This document shows, in pieces, positions 27,156 to 39,686 of a stretch of DNA of 64,000 bases (its first letter is position 1; each line of letters begins with the position of its first letter). The translations under genes and the position numbers were made by a program. The notes under the pieces are model-generated. The model ran no database searches. It worked only from the letters and a program-made list of their open reading frames with translations, and was not told where the DNA came from. Location: assembly GCA_964016885.1 (NCBI GenBank), contig OZ024760.1, positions 18,290,001 to 18,354,000 on the forward strand, read 5' to 3'. This DNA is from Eledone cirrhosa (taxonomy: Eukaryota).

Positions 27156-29005
27156 TATTATGTGAGATAAAGCCTTTACTGTGACAATACAATAGTATAT
27201 ATAGAGTAATGTAAATGTTATGTGAGATATTATGTGAGATAAAGCCTTTACTGTGAAAATACAATAGTATATATAGAGTAATGTAAATGTTATGTGAGAT
27301 ATTATGTGAGATAAAGCCTTTACTGTGAAAATACAATAGTATATATAGAGTAATGTAAATGTTATGTGAGATATTATGTGAGGTAAAGCCTTTACTGTGA
27401 AAATACAATAGTATATATAGAGTAATGTAAATGTTATGTGAGATATTATGTGAGGTAAAGCCTTTACTGTGAAAATACAATAGAATATATAGAGTAATGT
27501 AAATGTTATGTGAGATATTATGTGAGGTAAAGCCTTTACTGTGAAAATACAATAGAATATATAGAGTAATGTAAATGTTATGTGAGATATTATGTGAAGT
27601 AAAGCCTTTACTGTGAAAATACAATAGTATATATAGAGTAATGTAAATATTATGTGAGATATTATGTGAGGTAAAGCCTTTACTGTGAAAATACAATAGT
27701 ATATATAGAGTAATGTAAATGTTATGTGAGATATTATGTGAGGTAAAGCCTTTACTGTGAAAATACAATAGAATATATAGAGTAATGTAAATGTTATGTG
27801 AGATATTATGTGAGGTAAAGCCTTTACTGTGAAAATACAATAGTATATATAGAGTAATGTAAATGTTATGTGAGATATTATGTGAAGTAAAGCCTTTACT
27901 GTGAAAATACAATAGTATATATAGAGTAATGTAAATGTTATGTGAGATATTATGTGAAGTAAAGCCTTTACTGTGAAAATACAATAGAATATATAGAGTA
28001 ATGTAAATGTTATGTGAGATATTATGTGAGGTAAAGCCTTTACTGTGAAAATACAATAGTATATATAGAGTAATGTCAATGTTATGTGAGATATTATGTG
28101 AGGTAAAGCCTTTACTGTGAAAATACAATAGTATATATAGAGTAATGTAAATGTTATGTGAACTAAAGCCTTTACTGTGAAAATACAATAGTATATATAG
28201 AGTAATGTAAATGTTATGTGAGATATTATGTGAACTAAAGCCTTTACTGTGAAAATACAATAGTATATATAGAGTAATGTCAATGTTATGTGAGATATTA
28301 TGTGAAGTAAAGCCTTTACTGTGAAAATACAATAGTATATATAGAGTAATGTCAATGTTATGTGAGATATTATGTGAAGTAAAGCCTTTACTGTGAAAAT
28401 ACAATAGTATATATAGAGTAATGTAAATGTTATGTGAGATATTATGTGAACTAAAGCCTTTACTGTGAAAATACAATAGTATATATAGAGTAATGTCAAT
28501 GTTATGTGAGATATTATGTGAAGTAAAGCCTTTACTGTGAAAATACAATAGTATATATAGAGTAATGTAAATGTTATGTGAGATATTATGTGAAGTAAAG
28601 CCTTTACTGTGAAAATACAATAGTATATATAGAGTAATGTAAATGTTATGTGAGATATTATGTGAAGTAAAGCCTTTACTGTGAAAATACAATAGTATAT
28701 ATAGAGTAATGTAAATGTTATGTGAGATATTATGTGAACTAAAGCCTTTACTGTGAAAATACAATAGTATATATAGAGTAATGTAAATGTTATGTGAGAT
28801 ATTATGTGAGATAAAGCCTTTACTGTGAAAATACAATAGTATATATAGAGTAATGTCAATGTTATGTGAGATATTATGTGAGGTAAAGCCTTTACTGTGA
28901 AAATACAATAGTATATATAGAGTAATGTAAATGTTATGTGAGATAAAGCCTTTACTGTGAAAATACAATAGTATATATAGAGTAATGTAAATGCTAATGG
29001 GTTAA
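27156..29005 (-). repeat. 72-bp satellite (~25 copies) ending in a piggyBac-type MITE 5' terminus
   Basis: Reverse complement of the 23548 unit; ends GTAAATGCTAATGGG-TTAA. Confidence 0.9.
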
Positions 29006-29280
29006 ATGACTAGCAAGCATGGCATGAGAAAGAACAACCTTTCTGCACATGTTACACACACATATATACCCACATATATATACCAACATATATATATACA
29101 CACATATATATATATATACACACATATATACACACATATATACACACACACATACAAGAGTTTCTTTTGCTTATCCATGATATGATATAATTATCATTAA
29201 ATTTCCTCTTTTCCCCCCAAATTGCTGACCTTATGCCAATGTTAGAAATTAAGATTATTTATTGTATTTAAGACGTCATT

Positions 29281-29368
29281 CATTTCTCTCTCATTCTATT
29301 TTCAGGTGAGTTTCTTCATTTTGCTTTTCATTCAAAAAGGTTTCAAATTTACCCCTACACGTGTAAGT
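29281..29368 (+). other. Candidate recursive splice site / 57-nt exon (29306-29362)
   Basis: Polypyrimidine tract TTTCTCTCTCATTCTATTTTCAG directly followed by GTGAGT; second donor GTAAGT at 29363. Confidence 0.4.
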
Positions 29369-29376
29369 AAATAAGT

Positions 29377-30043
29377 TCTTCTTCTTTGCCTTCTTCTTCT
29401 TCGCCTTCTTCTTCTTCGCCTTCTTTTTCTTCTCCTTCTCCTCCTTCTTCGCCTTCTTCTCCTCCTTCTTCGCCTTCTTCTCCTCCTTCTTCGCCTTCTT
29501 CTCCTTCTTCTCCTTCTTCGCCTTCTTCTCCTTCTTCGCCTTCTTCTCCTTCTTCGCCTTCTTCTCCTTCTTCGCCTTCTTCTTCTCCTTCTTCTTCTTC
29601 TTCTTCTTCAGTCTTCTTCTTCTTCAGTCTTCTTCTTCAGTCTTCTTCTTCTTCAGTCTTCTTCTTCTTCTGTCTTCTTCTGTCTTCTTCTTCTTCTTCT
29701 GTCTTCTTCTTCTCTCTTCTTCTTCTGTCTTCCTCTTCTTCTTCTCTCTTCTTCTTCTTCTCTCTTCTTCTTCTGTCTTCTTCTTCTCTCTTCTTTTTCT
29801 GTCTTCTTCTTCTGTCTTCTACTTCTCTCTTCTTCTTCTGTCTTCTTCTTCTCTCTTCTTCTTCTGTCTTCTTCTTCTGTCTTCTTCTTCTCTCTTCTTC
29901 TTCTGTCTTCTTCTTCGGTCTTCTTCTTCTCTCTTCTTCTTCTCTCTTCTTCTTCTGTCTTCTTCTTCTGTCTTCTTCTTCTGTCTTCTTCTTCTGTCTT
30001 CTTCTTCTGTCTTCTTCTTCTCTCTTCTTCTTCTCCTCCTTCT

Positions 30044-30078
<35 letters not shown>

Positions 30079-30150
30079 TCTCTTCTTCTTCTTCTTCTTC
30101 TGTCTTCTTCTTCTGTCTTCTCCTTCTTCTGTCTTCTCCTTCTTCTCACT
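29377..30150. repeat. (CTT)n-derived polypyrimidine simple repeat
   Basis: Direct inspection. Confidence 0.9.
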
Positions 30151-30569
30151 TATTCCTGAGGGGCTCATGGGGGACAGAGTCCTCAAACCCTCCCCCCAGC
30201 GGGTCCTGTCAGAAGCAACTGTCCCCAACTGGTCCGGTGGGATACCCAAGTGGTGTGGGGGAGGAGGGTGGCCATTATATTGTGGAGGAAGGGACCTTCA
30301 TTATAATGTTGGGGGGGGGGTCCACATTACGTGTGGAGGAGAGGGCCCTTATAAAGAGGAGGTAGGCCTTTATTATAATGTTGAGGTGGAGGACCCCATT
30401 ATGGTGAGGAGGAGGGCTTCACATGGTGTTGATGAGGGATTCTCATAATGCTGAGGAGGAGGAGGCCCTCATTATAGTAGAGAGAGAGGGGGGGTCCTCA
30501 TTATGATGTAGAAGTGGGGGGGGTGTCTCTTATGGTGTAGAGAAGAGAGCCTTATTATGGTGTGGAAAA

Positions 30570-31205
30570 GAGACCCTCATTACCTCGAGAAGGAGGGACC
30601 CTCATTACCTCGAAGGAGGGACCCTCATTACCTCGAGAAGGAGGGACCCTCATTACCTCGAGAAGGAGGGACCCGCATTACCTCGAGAAGGAGGGACCCT
30701 CATTACCTCGAGAAGGAGGGACCCTCATTACCTCGAGAAGGAGGGACCCTCATTATCTCGAGAAGGAGGGACCCTCATTATCTCGAGAAGGAGGGACCCT
30801 CATTACCTCGAGAAGGAGGGACCCGCATTACCTCGAGAAGGAGGGACCCTCATTACCTCGAGAAGGAGGGACCCTCATTACCTCGAGAAGGAGGGACCCT
30901 CATTACCTCGAGAAGGAGGGACCCTCATTACCTCGAGAAGGAGGGACCCTCATTACCTCGAGAAGGAGGGACCCTCATTATCTCGAGAAGGAGGGACCCT
31001 CATTACCTCGAGAAGGAGGGACCCTCATTACCTCGAGAAGGAGGGACCCTCATTACCTCGAGAAGGAGGGACCCTCATTACCTCGAGAAGGAGGGACCCT
31101 CATTACCTCGAGAAGGAGGGACCCTCATTACCTCGAGAAGGAGGGACCCTCATTACCTCGAGAAGGAGGGACCCTCATTACCTCGAGAAGGAGGGACCCT
31201 CATTA
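30570..31205. repeat. 25-bp satellite GACCCTCATTACCTCGAGAAGGAGG, ~25 copies
   Basis: Highly homogeneous; degenerate related units at 30255-30570. Confidence 0.95.
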
Positions 31206-31417
31206 ACTTGTGATTTAAATCCTCAACAGAACAATTTCCACAGCAAAAGTAAATACGTTTGTTTACACAGCAAGGTTAAGTATATTTACTATATTTACAC
31301 AGCAAGGCTAAGTGTGTTTACACAGCCCGGTCAAGTATGTTTACACGGCAAAGCTGATTATATTTACAAACACATAATAGAGACGCCCTTTCATATATAG
31401 CTACCTATTACACACAC

Positions 31418-31885
31418 GAAGGTACATGGCTTAGTGGTTAGAGCATTGGGCTTGTAATTGAGAGGTTGTGTGTTCGATTCTCGGACCGGGTGATGCGTTG
31501 TGTCCTTGAGCAAGACACTTTATTTCACATTGCTCCAGTTTACTCAGCTGTAGAAATGAGTTGTGACGTCACTGGTGCCAAGATGTATTGGTGTTAGCCT
31601 TTCCCTTGGACAACATTATATATAGTGTATATATAAAATACATATAGTGTGTATATAGTGTATATATAGGATATATATAGTGTGTATATGTGTTATGAGG
31701 TCACTGGTGCCAAGCTGTATCAGCCATTGCCTTTCCCTTGGACAAGATTGGTGGCGTGGAGAGGGGAGACTGGTATGCATGGGATGGGCGACTACTGGTC
31801 TTCCACAAAAACAAACTGTCCAGGCTTGTAGCTCGGAGGGAAACATTCTAGGTGCAAAATCATGGTCATTCGTGATCGAGTGGGG
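31418..31885 (+). mobile_element. tRNA-headed SINE sharing the family 1 head but with a different 3' tail
   Basis: Head matches family 1 up to TGTAGAAATGAG; GTCACTGGTGCCAAG...CCTTTCCCTTGGACAA is duplicated around a microsatellite. Confidence 0.75.
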
Positions 31886-32380
31886 CCAAAGCAAATTACA
31901 CACACGACTGTTATTACACTGGTATGGAATGGATGACCACTGTATGGTCATTAGCTCGGCCAAACATTCAACTCTTGGCTAGCTCGTAGTATTATAGTAT
32001 TTACTTCATATCTCTTGTTTCGGGGGGACAAGGCCGAGAACGAAGACTGAATGAGGACTGAGACAATGACAGTTGTCTAAAGAATTTTTAGGATTGGGGG
32101 TGGAAGTATAATCTTGATTCTCTTATTGAGTAAGTTTTAGCTACTATTGTACTAAGTTGACTAACTATATAGTCTCTTCCACGCGTTCCACTCTTCTCTC
32201 TCACACACAAGCTCTTACTACCTGCTACAACAACAACAACAACATGACTAATAACAGCTGATGATGTCACTGTTCATAGACTTGCAGTCTACCATCTTAA
32301 GTAGCTAGGACAGTTGTCTAGTCCTTACGCACACATGTGCACACACGCACATATATAAATATATATGTAAATGTATACAG

Positions 32381-32419
<39 letters not shown>

Positions 32420-33053
32420 TTATATATATGTATGTATGTATATATATATGTATGTATGTGTGTGTTTATATGTATGTCAAGGCAGAATTCTAGGAGAAGG
32501 AAAACTCTGATATAACACCTGCAACCCTGATGGTATCCAATGATGTTGACTTGTTCTTCTTTTTGGTAAATATCATCTTGGTTAAGAGAGTGGGACTGGC
32601 TTTGTGCAGTGCCTTTGCTCACTATAAAAGCTTCACGGCACAGGCATTGCTTTATATCTGGAGATCTCTCTGCACTTGTCGTCACATGGTACCATGGGCC
32701 CAGCACTATGTGTCAATAATTGTCACAAGTGTAGTGTTTGTACCAGAGTTTTCAAGTCGCTGGCTGGACTAAAAAGTCACACTTGTTCAGTGCTTCGGAA
32801 GGGGTTCTCCTACATGGATATAAAGTAGTGGCCGTACTCGAAAACGAGTTGGCAGCCACCATGTATATATATATGTATGTATGTGTGTGTTTATATGTAT
32901 GTGTGTGTTTATATGTATGTATGTATGTATATATGTATGTATGTGTATGTTTATATATATGTATGATGTATGTATGTTTATATATGTATGTATGTTTATA
33001 TATATATATATACATACATATATATAAACATACACATACATATATATAAACAT

Positions 33054-33092
<39 letters not shown>

Positions 33093-33153
33093 CATACATA
33101 TATATATATACAATATATTAACAAATGGAAACTATATTTATAAAACCATATTT

Positions 33154-33217
33154 ATTTCATTATACATATTTCAAGGGCCACCAAGGCAAACTATGGTGCG
33201 CTTTCATCAGATAAAAT
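33154..33217 (-). ncRNA. Minimal hammerhead ribozyme, family A variant
   Basis: AUUUUAU CUGAUGA AAGCGCACCA...UGGUGGCCCUU GAAA UAUGUA UA AUGAAAU. Confidence 0.85.
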
Positions 33218-33282
33218 ATAATATAGGTTACTTTTATAAATAAACATCTATCCAGGAAATAAATAACTATCCAGGAAATTAT

Positions 33283-33346
33283 ATTTTATCTGATGAAAGC
33301 GCACCATAGTTTGCCTTGGTGGCCCTTGAAATATGTATAATGAAAT
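33283..33346 (+). ncRNA. Minimal hammerhead ribozyme, family A variant
   Basis: Inverted copy of 33154-33217; intact core. Confidence 0.85.
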
Positions 33347-33429
33347 AAATATGGATTAATAAATATAGTTTCCATTTGTTAATATATTGTATATTTACCC
33401 CAATAATTTGTTGAGTGCTATATATCAGG

Positions 33430-33542
33430 CATAACCACAGTAAGTAAGGTACTCAATACATTAGTAGAGTATAAACATCAAATTTAATATAAAAATGGCT
33501 TCTACAGGGCTAGAACTGTTTCATTTGAAAGAATTCATCAGG
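33430..33542 (-). mobile_element. Family B pLTR relic with hammerhead core (33498-33542)
   Basis: C CUGAUGA AUUCUUUCAAAU GAAA CAG UUCUAGCC CUG UA GAAGC; 5' strand of stem I truncated. Confidence 0.7.
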
Positions 33543-33552
33543 TCTTTCTTGA

Positions 33553-33642
<90 letters not shown>

Positions 33643-34202
33643 ATTTAGAGATGGGAAGGAGGGAAGTAATAAATGTTATATTAAACTAATTTTCTGGTAT
33701 TGCTTATGTACCCTAGATATTTTGAAAATACCCCTGCTGCCTCCCCATCTCTGTGTGGGTGTATGTGGTGGGGGTATGTTGGGTGTGAAATGAAGGGTTT
33801 TGAAATTCCTCGTGGAATTAATTCATCGTGCCATGTGGAATGTCGAGATTTTTTATTCTGATTTCTGTTGAGACATTCCAATAATTCCTAGGAAGAATGC
33901 CAGATGGTACCGCCTTTTTAAAATAAAGTGGTCAGTTTTGATCCTCTTCCCAGCTCCACGTGTCCTTTCCATCTCCCACAACCCACACATCCCATCAAAA
34001 TGGACGTTTTACATTGGGAGATAAAGTTTGTTTTCAAGTTTAGCAGCGAAAATATTTCTATTCAACAGATCTTTATCGTTTTCTCATTAATTCTCGGAAT
34101 ACTTCTCAGTTATTTTCTTTGGAGCAATTTTGGAAACTTGACTGTCAATTCTGTTTGGGATTCTTCATCCTGTCTTATAGCACACACACACACACATATA
34201 TA

Positions 34203-34244
<42 letters not shown>

Positions 34245-34249
34245 TTATG

Positions 34250-34410
34250 CTGGGTTCAATCGGGAGTAACCACAGTAAGGTACTCAATACATAGCAGAGT
34301 ATAAATATTTAATATACAAATGGCTTCTACAGGTCTAGAACTGTTTCGTTCGGGCGATTTCCTCCAAATGAAACAGTTCTAGTCCTGTAGATGCCATTTC
34401 TATATTAAAT
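34250..34410. mobile_element. Family B inverted cassette; hammerhead 5' halves lost at the junction
   Basis: Arms 34307-34350 / 34367-34410. Confidence 0.7.
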
Positions 34411-34517
34411 ATAAATATATATATATATATATCTATAAAGAAAAAGAGATGAAATCGAAAATGCAACTGGAGTCTTATTTTTTTTTTTTTTTTTCAAATA
34501 TATATATTTATTTGGTT

Positions 34518-34555
34518 CCTTTACCGGTTTCGCAGTTCTTCTGCTTTTCAAAAGT
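34518..34555 (-). ncRNA. Hammerhead ribozyme, family E (U3-A8 core)
   Basis: ACUU UUGAAAA GCAG AAGAA CUGC GAAA CCGG UA AAGG. Confidence 0.7.
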
Positions 34556-34625
34556 AGAGTTGAGATGGAGGGTCTGTGGTTTTTCTCAGATGTGAGAAAA
34601 ACCACAGACCCTCCATCTCAACTCA

Positions 34626-34663
34626 CCTTTTGAAAAGCAGAAGAACTGCGAAACCGGTAAAGG
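34626..34663 (+). ncRNA. Hammerhead ribozyme, family E (U3-A8 core)
   Basis: CCUU UUGAAAA GCAG AAGAA CUGC GAAA CCGG UA AAGG: perfect stems I and II, palindromic stem III ACCGGU, predicted cut after A34659. Confidence 0.8.
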
Positions 34664-34837
34664 AACCAAATAAATATATATATTTGAAAAAAAAAAAAAA
34701 AAAATAAGACTCCAGTTGCATTTTCGATTTCATCTCTTTTTCTTTATACTTTCACTCGTGTAGGACACCTCGGTTATTTTTCATTTTGTAAAAAAAACCT
34801 CACTTTCTAATATATATCTATATATATATATATATAT

Positions 34838-35043
34838 AAGTGGTTACACAACAGTTAGTTCACCATACCGAGAACAATTGTTTCACCTTAGCGGACCCTC
34901 AGCTCGTAATGGGCATGGTTGTAGGAACAGGAAGGACAACCGTTCCTTCCTGTTCCATATAACCATGCCCATTACGAGCTGAGGATCCGCTAAGGTCAAA
35001 CAATTGTTCTCGGTATGGTGAACTAACTGTTGTGTAACCACTT
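34838..35043. mobile_element. Penelope-like inverted cassette, family F, with hammerheads at 34869-34906 (-) and 34975-35012 (+)
   Basis: Consensus CGAG CUGAGGA U CC GCUAA GG U GAAA CAAUUG UU CUCG; the - copy has A9>G and the + copy has G12>C. Confidence 0.75.
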
Positions 35044-35307
35044 CTACCTAACTCGTCCCATGGACTGAGTGCTCTACCACTACGGATATTACCTTCCAGT
35101 GTTCCACCACTATATATATATATATACTCATCGGCAACACTCATCTTTTTCCATTTCTCCGAGGGTTATAAACCCCTCTATCAGGCTAGAAATTTCTTTA
35201 GTCTAAAATACGGTGAGAGCTTATAATTTCTAATTTCTAATTTCAAACTCTCGCGCACTGTTTCAAAAACATACTTACATGTTTACGTTTATAATTTGCT
35301 TATATAT

Positions 35308-35649
35308 GGAGGCACATAGCTTAGTGGTTAGAGCATTGGCTTTGCAATCGAAAGGTTGTGAGTTCAATTCTCAGACCGGGTGATGTGTTGTTTCCTTGAG
35401 CAAGACACTTTATTTCACATTGCTCCAGTTTACTCAGCTGTAGAAATGAGATGATAGGGACTGGGGTCCCTATCATTCCACTGCAAAGTGGTCGTGGAGG
35501 TGCCACGGCAAAAAAGCACCCAGCACTCACTGTAAATGAGGTTGGTGTTAGGAAGGGCATCCAGCTGTAGAAATCAAGCCAGAATCAGTTCCCGTCCCAC
35601 CCTTGCAAGCAGGGAAAAGCGGACGTAAAATGATGATGATGATGATGAT
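35308..35649 (+). mobile_element. SINE family 1, full length
   Basis: Near-identical to the other copies. Confidence 0.9.
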
Positions 35650-36129
35650 ATATATATATATATTTATATATATATGTGTGTGTGTGTATGTAAAATTCGG
35701 GACCCAACAGCTGAGCTCTGGTGGTTTCAACAGAACCCGTTGGGATCTAGCTGTTGAAACCGAGAGAGAGAGAGAGAGGGGGGGGGGAGAGAGTTGGTGA
35801 TTCAGCAGTAATTGTAGGAGATAGGGAGAGAGTGTGTTTGTGAAGAAAGAGAGGCGGAGACAGAGTTGGTGTTGGCTAGCAACAGGGAAATGAGACGTTG
35901 AGAGGTGTCTATGACAGTTAAGGGTCTGAAGTGGTGAGGAGCGGGGGGGGGGGGGAGGCAGAGAACCTGAGAGTCTGAATATATGAAGTGGGCGGGGAAC
36001 TAAGTAATGGGAGTGTTACATAATTATGTTGCAACATAGAAGAAAGAAAGGGATTCAAACTGGGTCCTGCTGCACACGGGATTCCCGGGTTACTTTACTT
36101 TATTTTATGTTTTATCTGGATAAAACAAT

Positions 36130-36890
36130 GATACAACAACAGCAGCCACAACAATAACAGCAATAACAAGCACAAGTATAATAATAACATCAATAACAAG
36201 CACAATAACAACAACATGTAATAACAACAGCAGCCACAACAATAACAGCCACAACAATAGCAGCCACAACATGTAATAACAACAGCAGCCACAACAATAA
36301 CAGCCACAACAATAACAGCCACAACAATAGCAGCCACAACATGTAATAACAACAGCAGCCACAACAATAACAGCCACAACAATAACAGCCACAACAATAG
36401 CAGCCACAACATGTAATAACAGCAGTAACAACAATAACAGCAATAACAACCACAATAACATGTAATAACAGCAGTAACAACAACAGCCACAACAATAACA
36501 ACAACCATGACTACAACACCAACAACCACAGCAATAACAACAACCACAACAACACCAACAACAACCACAAGAACAATAACAACCACAACCACAAGAACAA
36601 TAACAACAACCACAACAACCACACCAACAACACCAACAACAACCACAACCACACCAACAACAACCAACAACACCACCAACAACAACCAACAACAACACCA
36701 CCAACAACAACCACAACCACAACCACAACACCAACAACAACCACAAGAACAATAACAACAACCACAAGAACAATAACAACAACAACAACAACCACAACAA
36801 CAACCACAACCACACCAACACCAACAACAACCACAACAACAACCACACCAACAACAACAACAACACCAACAACAACCACAACAACAACCA
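36130..36890. repeat. (AAC)n-derived minisatellite
   Basis: Direct inspection. Confidence 0.9.
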
Positions 36891-37034
36891 ACGGATCTTT
36901 GCTGGCAATAGATGTTGTATAGTTTTGAATATATTTCCATAAACATCTGGTAATATGACCCCTAATGTCTGGCATATGGGATACACACTCTCTGGTTTCT
37001 GATAAATAGCAATGATACTGATGGTTCCTGACTC

Positions 37035-37246
37035 AGGCACAGGGCCAGCAATTTGGGGGCAGGGGAAGTCGATTAAATCGGCCCCAGTGCATTACTGGTA
37101 CTTTATTTCATTGACCCCCCCGTAAGGATGAAAGGCAAAGTTTACCTCGGCGGGATTTGAACTCAGACTGTAAAGGGCCGTAACTCTGTGTCGCGAAGCA
37201 TGGTGTCCGATGCTCTACTGATTCTACCAATCCACTGCCCTCACAA

Positions 37247-37278
<32 letters not shown>

Positions 37279-37695
37279 TGTTTCTACTTTTGCCACAAGG
37301 CCAGCAAATACCCCAGTACATTACTGGTACTTTATTTTATCGACCTCCCGTAAGGATGAAAGGGATTTGAACTCAGATCGTAAAGGGACATAACTATGCT
37401 GCAAAGCATGGCGTCCGACCCTCTACTGATACAGCCAATCCACCGCCCTTAATAATAATAATAATAATGATAATAATAATGATTTCTACTTTAGGCACAA
37501 GGCCAGCAATTTTGGGGGGAAGGGAAAGTCAATTAAATCGAACCCCAGTGCATTACTGTTACTTTATTTTATCGAGCCCCGTAAGGATGAAAGGCAAAGA
37601 TAACCCCGGCGGGGATTTGAACTCAAGACCGTAAAGGGCCGTAACTCTATGCTACGCTACAAAGCATGGCGTCCGACCCTTCTGCCGATTACTAA
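37035..37695 (-). mobile_element. Three tandem SINE family 2 copies separated by (AAT)n
   Basis: Each has GGCCAGCAA...ATTACTG.TACTTTATTT...CCGTAAGGATGAAAGG...GATTTGAACTCA. Confidence 0.8.
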
Positions 37696-38100
37696 TAATA
37701 AACTCCTATACGCCAAACAGGATTGGTTGTGATCCAGCTGTTTCTACGTCACCTCAAGCAATGTCCCATTGACATTCTAGAAAACTTGTATGGGGTAACA
37801 GGACTCCATGTAATACAATACATCTTGAAAGGTGGTGGGGGGGGGGGGGGCTGGAGAGGTTTGGGGGAGGGAGGGTAGTGGAACATAACAAAACAACCAA
37901 GTACAATGTAAGCTGAATTAGGTTTCGTAGTGACAACGCTAGAGCACGGATGTAATGTATTTATTGATTATATATGCATACACACATATACGTGTATATA
38001 TATATGTGTGTGTGTGTGTGGGTGTGTATGTATATATATATATGTGTGTATATATATGTGTGTGTATGTATATATATATATGTATGTGTGTGTATGTATG

Positions 38101-38135
<35 letters not shown>

Positions 38136-38597
38136 ATGTATATTTATATATATGTGTGTATGTGTATATATATATATAGGTGTATGTATATATATATATG
38201 TATGTGTGTGTGGGTGTGTATGTATTTATATATATATGTGTATATATATGTGTGTGTGTATGTATATATATATGTGTGTGTGTGTATGTATATATATATA
38301 TGTATGTGTGTGTATGTATATATATATGTGTGTGTATATATGTGTGTGGGTGTGTGTAGTATATATATATATATATGTGGGTGTGTGTGTAGTATATATA
38401 TATATTTGTATGTGTATATATATATATGTGTATGTATATATATATATATGTATGTGTGTATGTATATATGTATGTGTGTATGTATATATGTGTATACGAG
38501 TATATATATGTATGTGCATATATATGTTTGTGTGTGTATATTTTTTTGTTGTTTTAATGTGAATTATTCCAAAGATTTATAAGAATATATATATATA

Positions 38598-38626
38598 TAT
38601 AATCTATATATGTTTGTAGCAATATC

Positions 38627-38658
<32 letters not shown>

Positions 38659-38680
38659 ATCTATATATGTTTGTAGCAAT

Positions 38681-38723
<43 letters not shown>

Positions 38724-38745
38724 ATCTATATATGTTTGTAGCAAT

Positions 38746-38788
<43 letters not shown>

Positions 38789-38813
38789 ATCTATATATGT
38801 TTGTAGCAATATC

Positions 38814-38851
<38 letters not shown>

Positions 38852-38874
38852 CTATATATGTTTGTAGCAATATC

Positions 38875-38910
<36 letters not shown>

Positions 38911-39055
38911 ATCTATATATGTTTGTAGCAATATCTGTGTGTGTGTGTATATATATATATATATAATCTATATATGTTTGTAGCAATATCTGTGTGTGTG
39001 TGTATATATATATATATAATCTATATATGTTTGTAGCAATATCTGTGTGTGTGTG

Positions 39056-39070
<15 letters not shown>
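38598..39070. repeat. Compound minisatellite AATCTATATATGTTTGTAGCAATATC(TG)n(TA)n, ~8 units
   Basis: Direct inspection. Confidence 0.9.
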
Positions 39071-39151
<81 letters not shown>

Positions 39152-39424
39152 ACATCTCTTGTGTGAGATGTTATACAAAGAACCTAAACCTCTTGGGATC
39201 TCCCAATGACATTTAACAAAATCCTCTCGTATCAACCAGCCTCAAACTTCCTCCAGTTCAATGAATGGTATATATACAAAACCCCCTTGTTCTACAATGT
39301 TTATATTTGAATTTAAACCTTCCTTCGTAGAGTTTATCTATGAACCTTTTACTAACCCTTTTAATGCCAACCTACCTAAAACTAGCCATGATTCTATGAC
39401 ACAAAACTATTTAGTTGAAAATGT

Positions 39425-39660
39425 TTACCGCCATCCTCATTTTTACATCTGTTTTTCAATGTTTACATGGGTTGGACTGGTCTTTTTCAGTACAACATTC
39501 CTCCACTTGCTGCGCTCCTTTGTCATCTCCTATGTAAGTGTTTGCAATTTGAGGTCAACTCTCACCACCTCTGCCCAGGTTTTTCTTGGTCCACCTCAAC
39601 TGTGGCTTCCCTCCATTGGGATTTCCTGGCACTTCTTCATCCAGCGATCATCACATATCC
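39425..39660 (-). pseudogene. RTE-clade LINE C-terminal / 3' end fragment
   Basis: Minus strand WMKKCQEIPMEG...GPRKTWAEVVRVDL; similar to 53595-53780. Confidence 0.7.
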
Positions 39661-39686
39661 ATTCCCACACATTGGATTGATCTTAA

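Larger units (their letters stand above)
33110..33392. mobile_element. Penelope-like inverted cassette, family A variant
   Basis: ~110-bp arms 33110-33222 / 33278-33392. Confidence 0.8.
34434..34748. mobile_element. Penelope-like inverted cassette, family E (155-bp arms, 4-nt loop)
   Basis: Near-perfect palindrome centred on 34589-34592. Confidence 0.8.

Noticed and set aside
27075-28968. 594- and 609-aa repeat ORFs
   Set aside because: Products of the 72-bp MITE-derived satellite.
32255-32295. CTGATGA followed by a short stem
   Set aside because: No GAAA after the stem and no stem I.
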